Below are positions 20,952 to 23,123 of a DNA stretch of 23,123 bases, piece after piece. This DNA is from Trichoplax sp. H2. Lineage: Eukaryota. Under the pieces are notes generated by a model, which saw only the letters and a program-made list of their open reading frames with translations, was not told the DNA's origin and ran no database searches. Numbering within the stretch: position 1 is the first letter of the stretch; the number at the start of each line of letters is the position of its first letter. The translations under genes and the position numbers were made by a program. Where the stretch lies: NCBI GenBank assembly GCA_003344405.1, contig NOWV01000257.1, positions 62,001-85,123 on the forward strand, in the 5' to 3' direction.

Positions 20952-22237
20952 ATGAGCAAGCTTAGAATTTTTATTGTTATTCTAGCAATTGCAATCTATT
21001 ATTTCCTTATACATGGACGATGCGAATATAAAGGGGATGAGAGATTAGATGGAAAAACTGTAATTATTACTGGAGCTAATACTGGAATCGGGAAAGAAGC
21101 GGCAATCGATTTAGCAAGACGTGGAGCTCGAGTCATTTGTGCATGTCGATCTAAATCGCGTGGCGAAGCGGCTGTAGAAGACATCAAAAATATTAGTGGC
21201 AATAACAATGTAGTTTTAAAAATGTTAGACTTAGGTTCCTTAAATTCTATACGACAATTCGCTAAGGATATTAACGCAAAAGAAGAAAGATTAGACGTGT
21301 TAATTAATAACGCTGGTTTAGGTAATAATCATTACACATAACCGTCGGTAAACATTATATCTCATATTGCAATCGCTATCTTCTCTAACAGTAACTTAGT
21401 CATTTGCCCAAACTATAGTACGCGTATCTAGAGAGAAACATGCTTTTAAAATATTGTTAATGCTTTAATAGTTGTACTGTAGAAGTAGTTTTAACATAAT
21501 ATAAAAAGCTGCTCCTATTGACTTTATTGTGGTTAAGAATTTTATAGTATAGACTATACTGGCTAAGGTTCGGAATAGGGCACGCATAATTAACGTATAC
21601 TCGTATAACATATAAACTTTTTTACTTCCTAATTTTTGCAGCTGGACCTTTTTACAGAGATACCACTGAAGATGGTTTCGAAAGAATGATGGGTGTTAAT
21701 CATCTCGGTCATTTCTTATTAACAAATCTATTATTAGATTTACTCAAGAAATCACAACCAAGCAGAATTGTTGTTGTAACCTCGGAAGCTCATAGAACCT
21801 TGGTATCTGAAATGAATTTGGAAGATCTTATGAGTGAAAAATCTCATTCTGGTACTAGTGGATATGGGCACAGTAAACTCGCCAACATTCTATTTTCGTT
21901 GGAGCTTAGCAAAAGATTAAAGGATACTTCTATAACAATAAATTCTTTACATCCTGGAGCAGTAATGACTGATCTTGGTCGACACATTGAAGATTACCTA
22001 CATTTACCACCTTTCTTACTTGAAGCTTTGCGTTGGACGTTATCAATCTTCGTAAGGGATGCCCGTCAAGGAGCACAAACAATTATTTGTCTTGCTGTCG
22101 ATAAGAGTCTCCAATCAGTATCCGGTAAATATTTTGCTGACTGCGAGATTTCGAGAGAATCAGCGGCTGCTAGGAACGAAACTGCTGCAAAGCTACTATG
22201 GGATATTAGTGAAAAATTAGTTAATCTATCTACCTAA
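20952..22237 (+). CDS. Retinol dehydrogenase 11/12/13/14-like short-chain dehydrogenase/reductase (321 aa)
   Basis: Exons 20952-21321 and 21642-22237 with a phase-1 intron in NNAGL-A. Motifs: hydrophobic N-terminus, TGANTGIG, ACRS, LDVLINNAG, TEDGFE, VNHLGHFLLTNLLL, catalytic YGHSK, LHPGAVMT, GAQTIIC, LWDISEKLV. Confidence 0.96.
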
Positions 22238-22289
22238 ATTGCAATCGGTATTTTCTGTTCGAAATTTATTAATAGTGTAGGCGTAGACA

Positions 22290-22311
22290 TCTAGAATCTG
22301 TAGATTCTAGA
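22290..22311. other. Perfect 10-bp inverted repeat in the probable 3' UTR of the plus-strand RDH gene
   Basis: TCTAGAATCT-gt-AGATTCTAGA. Function unknown. Confidence 0.6.
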
Positions 22312-23123
22312 AGTTCATACTAGACCTGAGAAAGGTTCGGTTCGGTTCAATACATTTATGATCTATACTTCATACCGTGAGATGCCATTAACTAGGAATA
22401 AATGATTACTAGCATTAGTTTAAAACTTTGGAGTATAAGATAGACTATTTAGTATAACATAAAATATGGATAGCATATTATTTCAAATACTCAAAATTTT
22501 ATCTATGAATACATGCATGCAATATACTACAGTACAGTACCTTTTGCAGAGCTTTCTCTATGAAATGTAATATATCGTAACTTTTTTACTACACTCCACT
22601 ATTATCCAGATATTTGGCGAAGAAACCATTATATACGAGTTTTTGTAGGCGATCACGATCATAATATCACCTTTTTTTATCTTACATTCATGATAATGTT
22701 ATACAACAAATACATGCATTCGTTACTGTGACTATTAGTTAATTATAATACGATTCTTCATGTTTACAAAATTCAATTTTTCCTGTTTAGGTTTACAATT
22801 ATTTGTTATCTAAGCTATTATCAATCTTTGAAATAAAGGAAATGTGCTATTTTAGTAACTCATTTTCATGTAGGTAATTCAACTAAATGATATACGTAAC
22901 CTGTTCAGATTGTACTATATAATTGCATAGTAACACCCATGCAATATTTTAATTATAATTATGATTAACTATTTATTTAAATTTGAACGCAATGTTTAAT
23001 CGAGTAATGTCATCAAGCATCAGTTAGTAGCTATATCGCTGCATTTCAGCTAGATAGAAAGAAGAGAAGAAAATGCAGTAGTTTTATTGATTGCATCTTG
23101 TACAAGTGTATTTTATTAACGGT

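Noticed and set aside
22290..22323. Hairpin followed by CTAG as another Helitron 3' end or a rho-independent terminator
   Set aside because: The stem is AT-rich, CTAG is followed by A rather than T, it lies only about 50 nt after a stop codon with no 5' end available, and bacterial terminators do not apply here.

Overview
AT-rich eukaryotic genomic DNA with short GT-AG introns. The style resembles a compact early-branching animal such as a placozoan, but taxonomy is inferred from composition only. Five spliced genes can be rebuilt by hand with phase-consistent junctions. (1) A 5'-incomplete, low-complexity Arg/Gly/Asp/Asn-rich protein (+, 2666-5574). (2) A minus-strand gene (7109-9533) whose small 5' exons, mostly missed by the ORF track, encode a colinear match to the ATR-activation region of vertebrate ETAA1. 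(3) A secreted protein with no transmembrane segment, built only from LDL-receptor class A (LDLa) repeats, most of them unusually Arg/Lys-rich, with one dead pseudo-exon in the array (+, 13832-15914). (4, 5) A divergent pair of two-exon RDH11/12/13/14-type short-chain dehydrogenases (-, 17208-18914; +, 20952-22237). Intergenic DNA holds a 44/54-bp palindromic minisatellite, several local duplications, and up to three segments with Helitron-like ends (A|TCTA... to hairpin-CTRR|T). There are no prokaryotic features, rRNA, tRNA or CRISPR arrays. All homology calls come from motif recognition, not database searches.
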